From Octopus vulgaris (Eukaryota), in NCBI GenBank assembly GCA_951406725.2, contig OX597828.1:13950001-14014000 (forward strand): a DNA stretch of 64,000 nucleotides, read 5' to 3'. The translations under genes and the position numbers were made by a program. Positions within the stretch are counted from its first letter, which is position 1. Every line of letters begins with the position of its first letter. This document shows, in pieces, positions 38,978 through 52,850 of this stretch. The notes below the pieces were generated by a model that made no database searches, was not told where the DNA came from, and worked only from the letters and a program-made list of their open reading frames with translations.

Positions 38978-41300
38978 AATGGGAAGGCATCCGGGCACGA
39001 CAGAATCCCCGACTTCTGGTTAAAACAGGAATATATAAAACGCTGGCTGAGAAATTTAATGAAATACTAGCAGAGCCAGAGACAATGCCTGAATGACTCA
39101 CAGAAGGAAAAAACTATCCTAATTCCCAAATCCACTGAAATGGCAAATCCACAAAATTACAGACTGATAAATTGTCTCCCTACAATTTACAAAGCCTTTA
39201 CTGCAATAATATCGTAAAGAATGAGCAAAAACCTAGAAGAATATAACTTGTTTCCAGAAGAGGAGAAGGGATGTTGCAAGGGCTCATACGGCTGTAAAGA
39301 TCAACTAATAGTCAATAAAGCCATAACTGAAGACAGCCGCAAGAAGATGAAGGGTCTAAGTATGGCTTGGATCGATTACTGAAAGGCTCTCGATAGTATT
39401 CCTCACACATGGATTCTTGATACACTAACCATGAGCAAGATAGCACCAATAACCATAAAATATATGAAACATTCCATGAATAAATGGTAGACGGTGCTAC
39501 AGCTCCAGACAAAAGAGGAACTCATAAAAACCAAAGCCATCTCCATTAGAAGAGGAATATTCTAGAGAGACACACACTCTCTCAACTCCTTTACTGCTTG
39601 GCACTGACACCTTTATCTGACTTGCTACACAGAACTTGATGTAGATATAGCTGTTACGGCAAAGCAATCAACCATCTTTTGTATATGGATGATCTAAAAC
39701 TGTACGCTACAAATGACAAACAGCTAGAAACATTACTACAGACAGTACATGGATTAACCAAAGAAATAAACATGAAATTTGGCTTAGAACAATGTGCCAA
39801 AGCAACCTTGAAAAAAGGAAAGCTAGTTAAGAGTAACACTGGATAAAACAAATGAAATAAGAGAATTAGACGAAAGCCAGCCATATAAATACTTAAGAAT
39901 CAATGAATTAGATACGATACCACACAGAGACAAATGAAAGAGAAGACAAGAAAGGAATACTTTAGACGAGTTAGATTAATACGGAAAACAGTTCAATGCG
40001 AAAAACAAGACAATGGGTATCAACACTTTAACCGTCCCAATTATAAGTTACAGATACAATATTCTTAACTGTACTCTAAATGAAGTAATCAAAATAGAGA
40101 TGAAAACAGGAAAAATAATAACAGGGTTTAGGATGCACCACCTAAAATCCGACATAGAAATGCTATAATATACAACATATCAAAGGTGGTAGAAGCCTTA
40201 TACAACTAGAAAACTATAATATAATGACCACCATAAGACTACAGAAATACCTACTTCAGAAGCAAGGAAAACTAATACAAATAGCCACAAAAGATGAACA
40301 AAACAAAAGACTGATTTTTTTTGTCTTTAAGAATGCTGACAAATACAAAAAAGAAGGCATAGTACCTAACATCTATGAAGAAAAAGAAGAAATAACAAAA
40401 ACTGTAAAACAACTGACAGCCAAACTAAAACTGGAACAGCAACGTATCATGATAAAACGAAGGCAAGAAAAGCCCCTACATGGCAAATATTGGGTTAAGC
40501 TAAAGAGAAAAGAAATAGACAAAGCAAACTCTCAACAATGGCAGAGAAGCTCAGGACTCAAAGCAGAGACTGAAGGACGTTTAATTGCAGCACAAGATCA
40601 ATGCCTTCCCACCAGAAATCACCAAAAACACGTAACGAAAAGAAATACAAGTAACTGCAGAATATATGTTGGTGGAGAAGAAACAATAAATCATATTGTC
40701 TCTGGTTGCCCAGTCCTGGCTAAGAAAGAATATATTCACAGACACGACAGAGTTGGGACTTATATACACTGGAAGCTGTGCTAAAACTATTGAATAACAA
40801 CAGTAAAAAGATGGTATAGGCACACCTAAGAAAAGGTCACATAAAATGAGAAAGCAACCATACTCTAGGATATACAATATACACAGAAATATTAAACCAA
40901 CAGTCCAGATATAGTTGTCAGAGATCATCAAGAAAAAAATGCTTTCTAATCGATGTATCAATACCAAAAGATGACAGTGTTTCTCTAAAAGAAACGGAGA
41001 AACTTTCAAAATACAAAGATCTGGAAATACTGGTAACTCGAATGTGGACCTTAAAAACAGAAACAATTTCTATCATAGTAGGCGCATTAGTTATGATAAA
41101 AAAACATTCAGACAAATACATAATTAAAACACCAGGATTTACAAGTGTATATAACGTACAGAAAATAGCACTACTAGGCACCGCGCACACTTTCAATACA
41201 GTGAAAATAAGAGCTCCACAACAAACCACAGCACATACCCAAGGCACCCAGAGCTGTGCTCGGTAGTGTAATGAAATCACGTGATAAAAATATGACTACA
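38978..41300 (+). mobile_element. 5'-truncated, decayed R4/Dong-clade non-LTR retrotransposon (RT + Zn knuckle + RLE)
   Basis: KASGHDRIPDFWLK; INHLLYMDDLKLYA (39667); degenerate knuckle CRIYVGGEETINHIVSGC; YIHRHDRV; PDIVVRDH...IDVSIP...KLSKYKDLE; many stops and frameshifts. Confidence 0.92.
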
Positions 41301-41304
41301 AAAT

Positions 41305-41780
41305 AATGGTTTCAAATTTCAGCTCACGGCGAGCAGTTTTGAGGGAGGAGGGTGCGAGTCAGTTTACTTCGAGCCCAGTACTTAACTAACTCTTTATTTT
41401 ATCGATCCCGAAAGAATAAGAGATAAAGTTGACATCAGTGAGATTTGAAGTCACAATGCAAAGAGGTAGAAGAGATTCCGCTAAGAATTTTGTCCGACGC
41501 GCTAACGATTCCACCAGATCTTACCCTTGTGTTAATATAGTAATAATGTTTCTGCTTTAGGTATAAGGCTTGAAATTTTCGGCGGTGGCCGGGTCGGGAG
41601 CGGGGGCAAGTCGATTGCATCGATCCCCAGCGTTTGAGTGCCACTTTATTTTATTGATCCCGAAAGGTTGAAAGATAAACTTGACTTCGGGGAGATGTGA
41701 AGTCAAAATTTAAAAGACCAGAAGAAATGCCGCTAAGAATTTCTGTCCGACCCGCTAGATTCTGTTAGTTTGCTACCTTG
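41305..41780 (-). mobile_element. Two tandem diverged family B-type SINEs
   Basis: TTTTATCGATCCCGAAAG core present twice; other diverged copies at 24300, 37440, 38780, 43030, 43690, 44035, 44170 and 46485. Confidence 0.7.
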
Positions 41781-43291
41781 TTCTAACTAATAATTGAACG
41801 ATTACGTTTTGTCTTATAATCATTGATTGGTTGCAATTCCTAACCATGCTTCTCATTATCATATTTCTGAAGTTTTTTTGTTGTTTTTTTTGGGGGGGGG
41901 GGTCTTTAAGATCTGACAATTGTAAATTTTAGTCATCATAAAAATACTTTTTTTTATGATATGACTAAAATTTACAATTTCTTTGGTGGATGGACCTGCT
42001 GCTATAGAAACTATTTCACATTTACTGAAGCTCGTCTTAATTATTAACCACATTCATAACTGCAGAATCTACATTGTTTTAAATCGTTGTCTTCGAGAGT
42101 TCCTTCAAACTTATCGCTGTCATTGCAAGAGTCATTAATTAAATTAAGCTGTACCGCAATTTGGCCCAGTTTTCTGGTAAAGAACATCACAAACAACCCA
42201 ACGGAGTTCAAGTGTTTAATATAATTGATGCTCGCACTTAATATCCTTACCAAATTTAACTGACACTTGTTCTATCACTTCTGACCGTGTATCAACATTA
42301 GGAATAGTTATTGAATACTTCCTGGTTAAATATGCTAATACTGCGTTGGTGACTGTTTTCAATATTGATGTCATCTCTGAGTAATTTAACCCAAGTAACT
42401 TATTTAAAACTTGCCAGTGCATAATATTGCACACCTCATTTAGTGACCCCCTTCAACACAACTTCGACAAGTACGGTGAATTTTATACTTCGCTAATAAG
42501 GTGTAACAAAGCTGAAACACGTCCAGTACTGACCGGTCTAATTAAAATAATATCATCCACTGGATAATATTGCTTCTTCCTTACTACCTAATTATTTCAA
42601 ATTAATTTCCATTCTCCTTTTCTTCTTTTTTAATTTCTCACTGCTTTAAATATGCTGATACTGAATTTCACAAGAATTTTTCCAAATGTAAATGAGGACT
42701 TGGTTGCTGACATTTATGGCCAATAACTCATCCATTTCTACGGCGTAGTTAACTAGTTTACAGCCGCTGTCAACCGATGAGAGTAACAGGAAGAGACAAG
42801 CTAAATGAAAGCGACTGTTTGCGAATTCCAACAATTATCAATCACCAACAAGTAGCCATTGACATAAATCGTTTCAGAATTTGTGTTTAATAAACGATCA
42901 GAATGAGACAGCAAATACTGTCAAACAAGATCCAAGCTTCAAATCGATTATAAGGTACAGAAGAGTGGATAGAACCGATTAAGTCCACGTCAGTCAAATC
43001 AAAGATTAACTTTATAAATATCCAATTTTAAGTTTGGCACAAGAATACAGATTTAGCAATGAGGAAGAAGTGGGAGTAAGTTGATTAAAGCGACTCCAGT
43101 TCTTGACTGATACTTTATGTTACCGGCCAAAGAAGGATTAAAAAAAAAGACAATGTTGACCTCGGCGAGATTTGAACTAGAGTATGTAGAGGGACGTAAC
43201 TAAACATCGCAAGACATTTTGTCATTCTTCTTTGGTCTCTCGGCTACGGAGGGAGTCATAGGAGTGTTGCTGTGACATACAGTGCGTTTGT

Positions 43292-43650
43292 ATCCTTTAT
43301 CTTTTATTTGTTTCAGTCATTGGACTGCGGCCATGCTGGGGCACTGCCTCGAAGAAATGAATCTCAGTAGATTTTTTTTTAAAGTCTGGTACTTATACGT
43401 TCAATATCTGTTGCTGTACCACAAAATTACGTAGACGTAAACAAGTAAACACCGGTTGTCAAGAGGTTGGTGGGAAGTACAGACACACAGACACACACAC
43501 ACACACATTCACACACATTCACACACACACACACACACACATGCATATACGACAGGCTTCTACACAGTTGCCCAAAATGTCAGGTGGTGGGATTGAACCT
43601 GAAACTATGCCATTGCAAAGCAAGCTTCTAAACCACACAGCCATGCCTAT
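43292..43650 (-). mobile_element. SINE family A (diverged)
   Basis: Tail and head motifs. Confidence 0.7.
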
Positions 43651-44753
43651 GTATTTTTTTAAAAATCTGTGGGCGCCCCTCTCTCTCTCCAGGTTTGGTA
43701 ACATAGTCGATTTCTTCCTGAAAAAAGGAGAGAGAAGAAACGATTTCATCACTAGACTGACATTTTATCGATTTCGGGGGAAAAAAAGGAAAGTTGAGCC
43801 TTGATGAGATTTGAACTCAGAGCGTACAGCAACACGATACGTTCTATTCGACGCTTTACCAACATCGCTAACTCGCCAACTTAAAACATTTTGTAAAGCG
43901 TTTTAAAAAATGTCAGGATAAATATTATAAGAATAGTGAACTGAAATGTTGATCAGCTGATTTCCAGGGGAAGTTCATGTCGAGTGAGTTGACATTTATA
44001 ACTTATGGCTTAACTTTAAACCATAATGGGACCGAATGAGCAGAGTAGTTAGAGTATCGTATAGCTTACCTTGTGGTATTTGTTTTAGCTCTCTACGATC
44101 TCAGTTCAAATCCAGGTTGGGTCAACTTTGTCTGTCGTCTTTTCGATGTCGCTAAATAAATTGTAAGACCAGCACAAGGCCAGCAATTCCTGAGGAGGGA
44201 GTAAGTCGATTGCATCGACCTCATTGCTCAACTGGTACTTCTTTTATCGACCCCGAAAGGATGAAAGGCAAAGTCGACCTCGGTGGAATTTGAACTCAGA
44301 GGTTAAAGACGTACAAAGTGATGCTAAGCGTTCTGCCCGACGTATTAACGATTCAGCCTGCTCGCCGCCTTCAAATTGATTGTATATTGATTCCAGTAAT
44401 TCACTGACACTTTATTTTACTGACCTCGGAAAAAAAAACTAACGCTGATAGAATCAGAACTCAAAATACAAAAGGACGTAACTAAGCAGTTCACATTATT
44501 TACTCCACCATTTTCCTGTTTCTGTAAATCCTCCATTTTCTCGTCGCCAAATCACCATTATTGTTGCAGTTAATCCTCCACCTTGCCGCGAACCCACTTC
44601 TCTGTCACTCATCCACCATACCGGCATCCAGCTACAGTAGCTCAGTGGAATTGGTAGCGCGTCAGATAGAATACCACGCAGTATATGTTTCGGTTTTTTG
44701 TGTTCTGAGTTCAAATTCCGTCGAGGGATCTAAATTTTACTGATAACCATACC

Positions 44754-44987
44754 TATTTCTTTACTACCCACAAGGGGCTAAACACAGAGGGCACAAACAA
44801 GGACAGACAAACGGATTAAGTCGATTATATCGACCCCAGTGCGTAAATGGTACTTATTTAATCGACCCCGAAAGGATGAAAGGCAAAGTCGACCTCGGCG
44901 GAATTTGAACTCAGAACGTAACAGCAGACGAAATACGGCTACGCATTTCGCCCGGTGTGCTAACGACTCTGCCAGCTCGCCGCCTTC
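44754..44987 (-). mobile_element. SINE family B with long TSD
   Basis: TTTTACTGATAACCATACC at 44735-44753 and 44988-45006. Confidence 0.9.
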
Positions 44988-45512
44988 TTTTACTGATAAC
45001 CATACCATCGACTTTCACGCATTCAGAGAAGACACCAAGATGAATCACGACAGACACGGCGACACGGATATCTCACGGTAATTGGACAGAGCTCTTACTG
45101 TTTCAAAGTAGTTATACAATGGCTTCAGGGACTTTGAATACCATAAATTGTGGGGATCGAACTCGCGATTTTTTCTTTGCACTCACCAAACTTAATAGTG
45201 AATGGCCCCTGAATCTCATATCCTTGGAAATATTGTCGACAACAGGGAAATGCTGACGATAATGATAACGTGGAATAAAATGTTAAAATCTTTATTCCAA
45301 TATTTTTGCCTTTTAGCTTCTGTTGATAGAGTGATGTGTCGTAAGTCTAGTCGTTAAATGGAAACAGCTAAGAGATGAGGACGGATATTGCAAGAGATAG
45401 GATGGATATTGAAAGACGAATGTTCGAATGAAATTTGATTAGAACTAAAATCTGCTATAAAGTTAGATGAGGTAAAACAGCAACGTAAATAAAATATTGG
45501 GTTAACAATCGT

Positions 45513-45835
45513 ATGACAAGTTGTAAGGGACTGCTACTGGTACCATGTATCCAATAACTACTTGTTTCAAGGTCGGCTGGTCGGTGATTAAACCGACTCC
45601 TCCATTTGGCTTGCAAGATGAGGCGAGTGTTGTGGACGCTGTACAGGACTAAAAACAAAAGCTGTCAAAGAACGGTTGAGCTGATTGTGAGCTAATGGCC
45701 ACCCACACAAGTGGTGTCTCGTAAAAAAAAACATTCTGCACGTGGACGGGTAAACCATGCAGCTGATCCAAGTCAGTAGCCACAGAAAACTCCAGTGAAA
45801 GATATACTAAGCTCTCTTGTTGGAATTGACGTTCA
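45513..45835 (+). mobile_element. RTE-like 5' UTR relic, third relative of 32390
   Basis: ATGACAAGT..GCTACTGGTACCATGTATCC..GGTCGG..GTCGGTGATTAAACCG..AAAAACAAAA aligns with the other two copies. Confidence 0.5.
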
Positions 45836-46046
45836 TGGATGGTGTGGCGTGAAATTAGATGTTGTAAGGTAGAAATATCAAGGTGAGAAAATGAGTCGAA
45901 AGGAATTTGATTTGAATTGAATATTTTGTTTAACGCCTTCACAACGTTACCACTCCACCACTTTGGATTGGAGATTAACCTCATGAACTCAGACTCCAAA
46001 GAGCCATAACCAATAAAAAACAATGTTGTAATAAGAGTTAATTTTA

Positions 46047-46199
46047 ACAGTCCTATGTTTAAAAGATAAGGAATTATGTACATTATTTACATTTGACGGA
46101 TATTTGTCCTCATCTTCTTTGTTGTTGCCCACGGGCATATGGCATAGTCGTTAAGAGCGCGGGGGTACTAACCCCAAATTTCCGAGTTCGATTCCGGGC

Positions 46200-46252
<53 letters not shown>

Positions 46253-46420
46253 TAATAATAATAATAACATCGAAAAATACCTTAGGAATGAGAACCTAGG
46301 TTTGAAATTTCCCCAAGACACCTGAAGAAGGCTGGAGGGTATATCAGCCGAAACGTTGTGTTAACAACAAACAAGATGAGGACAAATATCCGTCAAATAC
46401 AAATAATGTAAATAATGTAG
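46047..46420 (+). mobile_element. Composite tRNA-head/hammerhead SINE with upstream inverted 3' copy
   Basis: Inverted tail 46047-46126, tRNA head 46133-46200 (GAGTTCGATTCC), (TAA)n, HHR at 46317-46362. Confidence 0.8.
46317..46362 (+). ncRNA. Minimal hammerhead ribozyme
   Basis: Identical to 38024-38069: GACAC CUGAAGA A GGCUG..CAGCC GAAAC GUU^GUGUU. Confidence 0.85.
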
Positions 46421-46799
46421 TGGATTTCAAGACAGTAACAAGACCACGAAGCTTTATGGGATGTAAAATTGATTACGTATCGGTTTCAAATTTAGGCACA
46501 AGGCAAGCAATTTCGGAAGAGGAGGTAAGTCGATTACATCGACCCCAGTGTTTAACTGGTATCTCTTTTATCGATCCCGAAAGGATGAAAGGCAAATCCG
46601 ACTTCAGCAGAATTTGAACTCAGAACGTAAAGACGGACAAAGTGCTGCTAAGCATTTTTCCGGCATATTAACGATTCTTTCAGCTCGCCGCCTTCAAAAT
46701 GGCCGTATACTGATTCCAGTTATTCACTAATGCTTTATTTTACAGGCCTCGGTAAAAACTAACACTGATGGAATTTGAACTCAAAATACAAAAAGACTT

Positions 46800-47201
46800 A
46801 CTCTTTCACTTGTTTCAGTCATTTGGCTGCGTCCATGCTGGAGCACCGCCTTTAGTCGATCAAATCGATCCCAGGGCTTATTCTTTGGAAGCCTAGTACT
46901 TATTCTATAGGTCTCTTTTGCCGAACCGCTAAGTTACGGGGACGTAAACACACCAGCATCGGTTGTCAAGCGATATTGGAGGACAAAGACACACAAACAT
47001 ATAAACACACATACACATATATATATAAACATATATACGACAGGCTTCTTTCAGTTTCCGTCTACCAAATCCACTTACAAGGCTTTGGTCGGCCCGAGAC
47101 TATAGTAGAAGACACTTGCCGAAGGTGCCACGCAGTGGGACTGAACCCGGAACCATGGGATTCGTAAGCAAGCTACTTACCACACAGCCACTCCTGTGCC
47201 T
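46800..47201 (-). mobile_element. SINE family A, full length
   Basis: Closely matches other full-length copies. Confidence 0.9.
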
Positions 47202-47550
47202 ATAACTAAATATTTCACAGTATTTACTCCACCATTCTCCTGTTTCTATAAATTTTCTATTTTCTATTTGCCAAATCACCATTTTCTTTTTTGGCAGTTA
47301 AATCCTCCACCTTGCCGCGAACCCACATCTCTGTCACTTATCCACTACACTAACATCAAGCACATCCCTGCAAATAGTCTCTTTTAATACTTCTGATCGT
47401 TTCACTTCACGTACGTCTCTACTCGTGTCAAGAAAGGGATGGTCTTCACAACATCCCAATTCCATTCTCCTTCCTCTATAATTCTTTAAGCCCTATGCAA
47501 TAAAAAAAAACATTTGCAGATCGTTCAAACAGTTCGTTGTCATATGACAA

Positions 47551-47935
47551 CGCAGGAGTGGCTGTGTGGTAAGTAGCATGGTTCCGGGTTCAATCCCACC
47601 GCATGGCACCTTGGGCAAGTGTCTTCAACTATAGCCTCGGGCCGACCAAACCCTTGTGAGTGGATTTGGTAGGCGGAAACTGAAAGAAAGCCGTCGTATA
47701 TATGTATATATATGTGTGTGTGAATATGTTTGTGTGTCTGTGTTTGTCCCCCCAACATTGCTTGACAACCGATGCCGGTAACTTAGCGGTTCCGTAAAGC
47801 GGTTCAGCAAAAGAGACTGATAGAATAAGTACTAGGCATACAAAGAATAAGTCGTGGGGTCGATTTGCTCGACTAAAAGCGGATGCTCCAGCATGGCAGC
47901 GGTCAAATGACTGAAACAAGTAAAAGAATAAAAGA
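47551..47935 (+). mobile_element. SINE family A, full length
   Basis: Closely matches other copies; inverted relative to 46800. Confidence 0.9.
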
Positions 47936-48201
47936 GCATATGACAGTTTTCTTTTGTGGTCACTACTGATGATAAAGGCATGAATGTCACAACATCACTT
48001 TTCTTCCCCCATTCTCTATGGATTTGAATCCCTGTCTGTTTACGCAGCAAATCAATAAAGCTTGTCTCCGTCGGTACGGTTGTTTACTCAATCGATTGTA
48101 ATTTGCAACGAGATATGCTTGGCTTCATATCAGAACTGGGATCTAGCCTTTACATCAAGCAATCTCGACACACAATCTCTCATACTCACATGGACTGATA
48201 T

Positions 48202-48206
<5 letters not shown>

Positions 48207-48278
<72 letters not shown>

Positions 48279-48860
48279 GCGTGTGTGCGTGTGTGTGTCT
48301 GTGTGTGTGTGTGTGTGTCTGTCTGTGTATACGTGTGTGTGTAGATGCACGGATACATATATATACATATACATACATACGTATATACATCTCATAAATA
48401 CATACAAATATATATTATTGTGTGTGTGTGTGTGCGTGCGTGTGTGTGTGTGTGTCTGTATGTGTGTGTCTGTGTGTGTGTGTCTGTGTGTAGATGCACG
48501 GATACATATATATATACATATACATACATACGTATATACATCTCATAAATACATACAAATAGATATTATATGTGTATGTGTAAATACATGTATGTATGTG
48601 TGCGTCTGTGTATGTATGCATATATGTATTCACATGTGGGTGTATATGTGTGTATGCATATATGTGTGTGTATGTGTGTGCGCGCGTGTGTGTGTAAGTA
48701 CGTATGTATGTATGTATTTATATATATACCTATGTATGTGTATTTGTATGACTACATACATAATGCATTCGCATACATGCAGTTTACTCGCCTGTGTGTG
48801 TATACACATGTATTCACATGTCTACATGCAAATGTATATGTGTGTATGCATATATATATA

Positions 48861-48891
<31 letters not shown>

Positions 48892-49380
48892 GTGTGTGTG
48901 CATGTGTGCGTGTGTTTGTGTGTATAGAGGCACAGATACATATATGCATACATGCATACATATATACATCTCATACATAAATACAAATAGATACCATATG
49001 GGTATGCATATCTGTGTGCGTCTGTCTGTGTGTGTATACACATATGTATTCACATGTCTACATGTAAATGTATATGTGTGTATGCATATATATGTGTGTA
49101 TATGTGTGTGCGTGTGTGTATGTGTGTGTGTGTGTGTGTGTAAGTATGTATGTATGTATTTATATATATACCTATGCATGTGTATTTGTATAAATACATG
49201 CATAATGCATTCGCATAGATACGCAATCAATCTCGCACTCACAGATGTAAACATCCCTACGTGCTCTACACTACTCACAAATAACTACATCTACTCACAG
49301 TTTACTCGCCCACATATATATGCATATATATGTGTGCGTGTGCGAGTGTGTGTATGTATGTATGTATGTGTATTTGTAGC
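48207..49380. repeat. Higher-order minisatellite built from (GT)/(TA) microsatellite
   Basis: Block agatgcacggatacatat...atacatctcataaatacatacaaata recurs at about 48342, 48492 and 48926. Confidence 0.8.
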
Positions 49381-49634
49381 GGGGAGCGTATGCATATGCA
49401 TTACTGCTATAGAACATTAAATCTTAGCCAACAGTGCACAGTTGCCAACAATAAGCAGTTTTAAAAGTGATGTGTTCATAGACCCAAACAGATAGGACAG
49501 CTGAACTAGTTTTCAATTGCTGTTGGGATTTCTTCTGTAGCTGAGTACTCTCTTAAACTATCCACAGAAATGCTGCTTGTAAACCCAGTATTACTATAGG
49601 CTCAATGTAAATCAGATACATTTGCAAATATATA

Positions 49635-50200
49635 TTGGGTTGTCCGGAAAGTTCGTGCCGATTTTTAAAGGAAAGGAAAAGGTCAATAAATACTTGCCAT
49701 TACATTTTTAATCAACCAAATATGAACCATTTTGTTGCACAATGCGTCTCCATCTTTCCTTTAACTTGAAAATACCCACTTCCCAGAATTGAGGTGGTTT
49801 CATGGCAAAGAATTCATCAAGGTATCTTTTTATGTCATCTAAGGAATTGAAATTTTTACCATTAAGACTATTCTGCAGAGACCTGAATAAGTGGAAATCC
49901 GAAGGAGCAATATCTGGTGAATATGGAGGGTGAGGTAACACATCCCAGCCGAGCTGCAGCAATTTTTGTGTGGTTCCCAAAGCATCAAGTGCCGAAAATG
50001 AACTTTCTTATCTTCCATTTTAAAGGGTTACAGAATTGACACAGGTTATAGGAACATAAACCTTCTTCCATGAAAAGATAGCTTAAACTATGCTCTAAAT
50101 GGAGGTGTAGTCAAATTCTATTTTATGGACTCAACCATGTTGTAAAATAAGTCGAAAGGTAAGCTACTATAAATCGGCACGAACTTTCCGGACAACCCAA
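49635..50200 (-). mobile_element. Mariner internal-deletion derivative (566 bp)
   Basis: Perfect TIRs, TA TSDs, HPPYSPDIAPSDFHLF motif; same deletion junction as 12607. Confidence 0.95.
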
Positions 50201-51379
50201 TATAACGCGTTCTTTGCAGCTTATTCGATTAATTATTGGTGCGTTGACCGTGTATTTGTTTCCATGCTTATGCACTGCTGCAGAATATATATATAGATTT
50301 TTTTTTGTCAGCATTGCATGAATAGACAGATGTAATCACGTTGTCTTTCAAAACAACATTTTGTGGTCAGAAAAAGAGGGATTGTCTAGACAACTTTCAA
50401 TCTTCTACTGGGTTTTGTCAACGCCCGACTAAGTATAGATTGGCAGAATCGTTAGAATGATATTTAGTTACGGCACCTTACATTCTGAGTTCACATCCCG
50501 CCAAGATCAACATACTGTCTTATATGCAACAGAAGCAGTTGTAAATTAAAATAGTCATCTATGTATCATACTAAATGTAAACACATCGTTGAAAGACATA
50601 TTTCCTGCGCTATTCGTCTTGTATTTATAGACACAATATTTGTCAGAGTGAGACAAAGTTTATCCCAACTGTGGCTAGCGAAAACGCCAGATGCATTTCG
50701 GCCGCGTTGTGCTTTGTCAATGATGCGTACTCACGGATATCCGCATGCTTAGACGAGATTTGTCACCTCCGATACATAAGAAAACAATAAAAACCATTCA
50801 CTGATAGTGCGAATAATTGCCTGACTGAATAAAAACCCGTTATATGCAATAGAAGCAGTAGTAAATTAAAATAGTCATCTACGTATCATATTTAACGTTA
50901 ATACATCGTTGAAAGGCAAATTCACTGCAGTATTCGTCCGGAGATAACATCTCTTATGTTTAAAACTAACCGGTTGTTTGTAATATATGCATAATCCTCT
51001 CCCATGTCTGACATTAATTCATAAATATATATGATAATACTCTTGTTACATCAAATGTGCATGATACTCCTCCAGTTTTACCCAGCTCTCACGTTACATA
51101 ATCATTTATGACATATCTCTCCTTACCACCTTTTTGACGTTACATACTACATGTATGGCCATTCAAATTATATCTCCCTCACCTTTTCCTCATAAATGTA
51201 CGACTCATCTCAGCAAAAAAAGATGTCTAATTCTTAAAATGTTCACCCTTTTCTTTTTAAATGCCATTGTGCGATCTAAGGAAGATTTAGCAGGTATTTC
51301 TAGCAGGCCGAACGACATCATAGAGTCTCCCTATTTAGCTTATTGCAATGGGGTTTAATGTTAATGTTTGCATTTTGAA

Positions 51380-52048
51380 GAGGTCTGTTGTGGATTCTTC
51401 CTTTTCGCCTTCGGCCCAATGCGTCCATGCTGGCAACAAAACACGCGGAGTTCTGTTTTTGATTCGAAAGTCATTCGGAATGCTCACAGCAGCCATATTC
51501 CTACCGCTCTATGTCACGCTGGTGAGACCCATATTGGAGTACGGGATTCAGGCCTCTTCTCCTTATCTCCTCAAAGACATACAGCATCTCGGAAGCGTCC
51601 AGACGCGGGCTACCCGCATGGTTCTTGATCTCAAGCATTTGTCTTATGAAGAAAGGCTGAAGACGCTCAACCTTTATTCTCTCGAAAAATGACGACGCCG
51701 TGGTGATCTCATTCTCGCTCACAACATCATAAGCGGAAAGTGTAACCTCTCGAAAGAGCTGTTCTTCACTCCTGATCCAGAGCGTGGGCTGCGGTGTCAC
51801 TCCGAAAAGCTCTATCTACGACGATTTCATCTCAATCGAAGGAGGGGGGCTTTCTCCGTCCGGGTTGCGGATCCGTGGAATAAGCTGCCGGACGAGATAG
51901 TGAAGATGCCGACGACCGCTCGGTTCAAAGTCTCTCTTGAGCAGAAATGGCCTGAACTCTTTGTATGACCACCCTCCCTGTACATAACTCCCTGTCCCCC
52001 TACATAGCCTTGCATTTGCTTTTTGAGCCAATAAAAATTGAATTGAAA
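51380..52048 (+). mobile_element. 5'-truncated CR1-clade LINE (ORF2 C-terminus + 3' UTR)
   Basis: LYVTLVRPILEY..SPY..KDI..L.SVQ.RATRMV..L..LSYEERL..LNLYSLEK*RRRGDLI...FSVRVADPWNKLP; premature stop. Confidence 0.9.
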
Positions 52049-52850
52049 AAAATTTTCCATCAATATTTCTTGTGTTGAAATATGCTATGTTTCGTGCTTA
52101 CCGCCCCTGAGCAATCTTCTCCACAAATAGTAATCTGTGTTGTTTTAGCAAGATTATCATGGCGTCTGAGAAGGTAATACCTTGATATTTCTGCTCAGCT
52201 GCTGATTATAATGCATAACGTCTATTATAGAAATGTCACACAATCGACATTTTCAGTCGCATCTTGACACTTAAGGGCTTCTCTATCTGTTTTGTTCATC
52301 AGACGTGTTTTGTAATTATCTCTCGCACTTGGATTCTGAAAAAACCATAACTTTGGAAATGTCACGTGATGCAGCGATCACGAGCTTGAAAGAGATTACA
52401 CTATCTTTCAATGTTAACGTTATTGTCAGTTTTATATTGGATATTAATATGTATGATTTTGTTGTTTTTAGTTTTGTTTGTTTGTTTATTTGCTTTCTAG
52501 TCGGCTTCCAAGCCAGAAACAAAACACTTTCATACGAATTTAGATATAGTCATACATGTATAAATCTGCAAATGTTTGTATGAATCTGCACAAGTATGTA
52601 TGTATGTATGCATGTATGTATGTATGTGTGTATGTATGTATGTATGTGTGTGTGTATGTATGTATGTGTGTGTATGTATGTATGTATATATGTATGTATG
52701 TATGTTTGTATGTATGCATGTATGTATGTATGTATGTATGTATGTATGTATGTATGTATGTATGTATGTATGTATGCATGTATGTATGTATGTATGTATG
52801 TATGCATGTATGTATGTATGTATGTATGTATGTATGTATGTATGTATGTA

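Noticed and set aside
46133-46200. tRNA gene
   Set aside because: The acceptor stem does not close, and it is the head of a repeated SINE.
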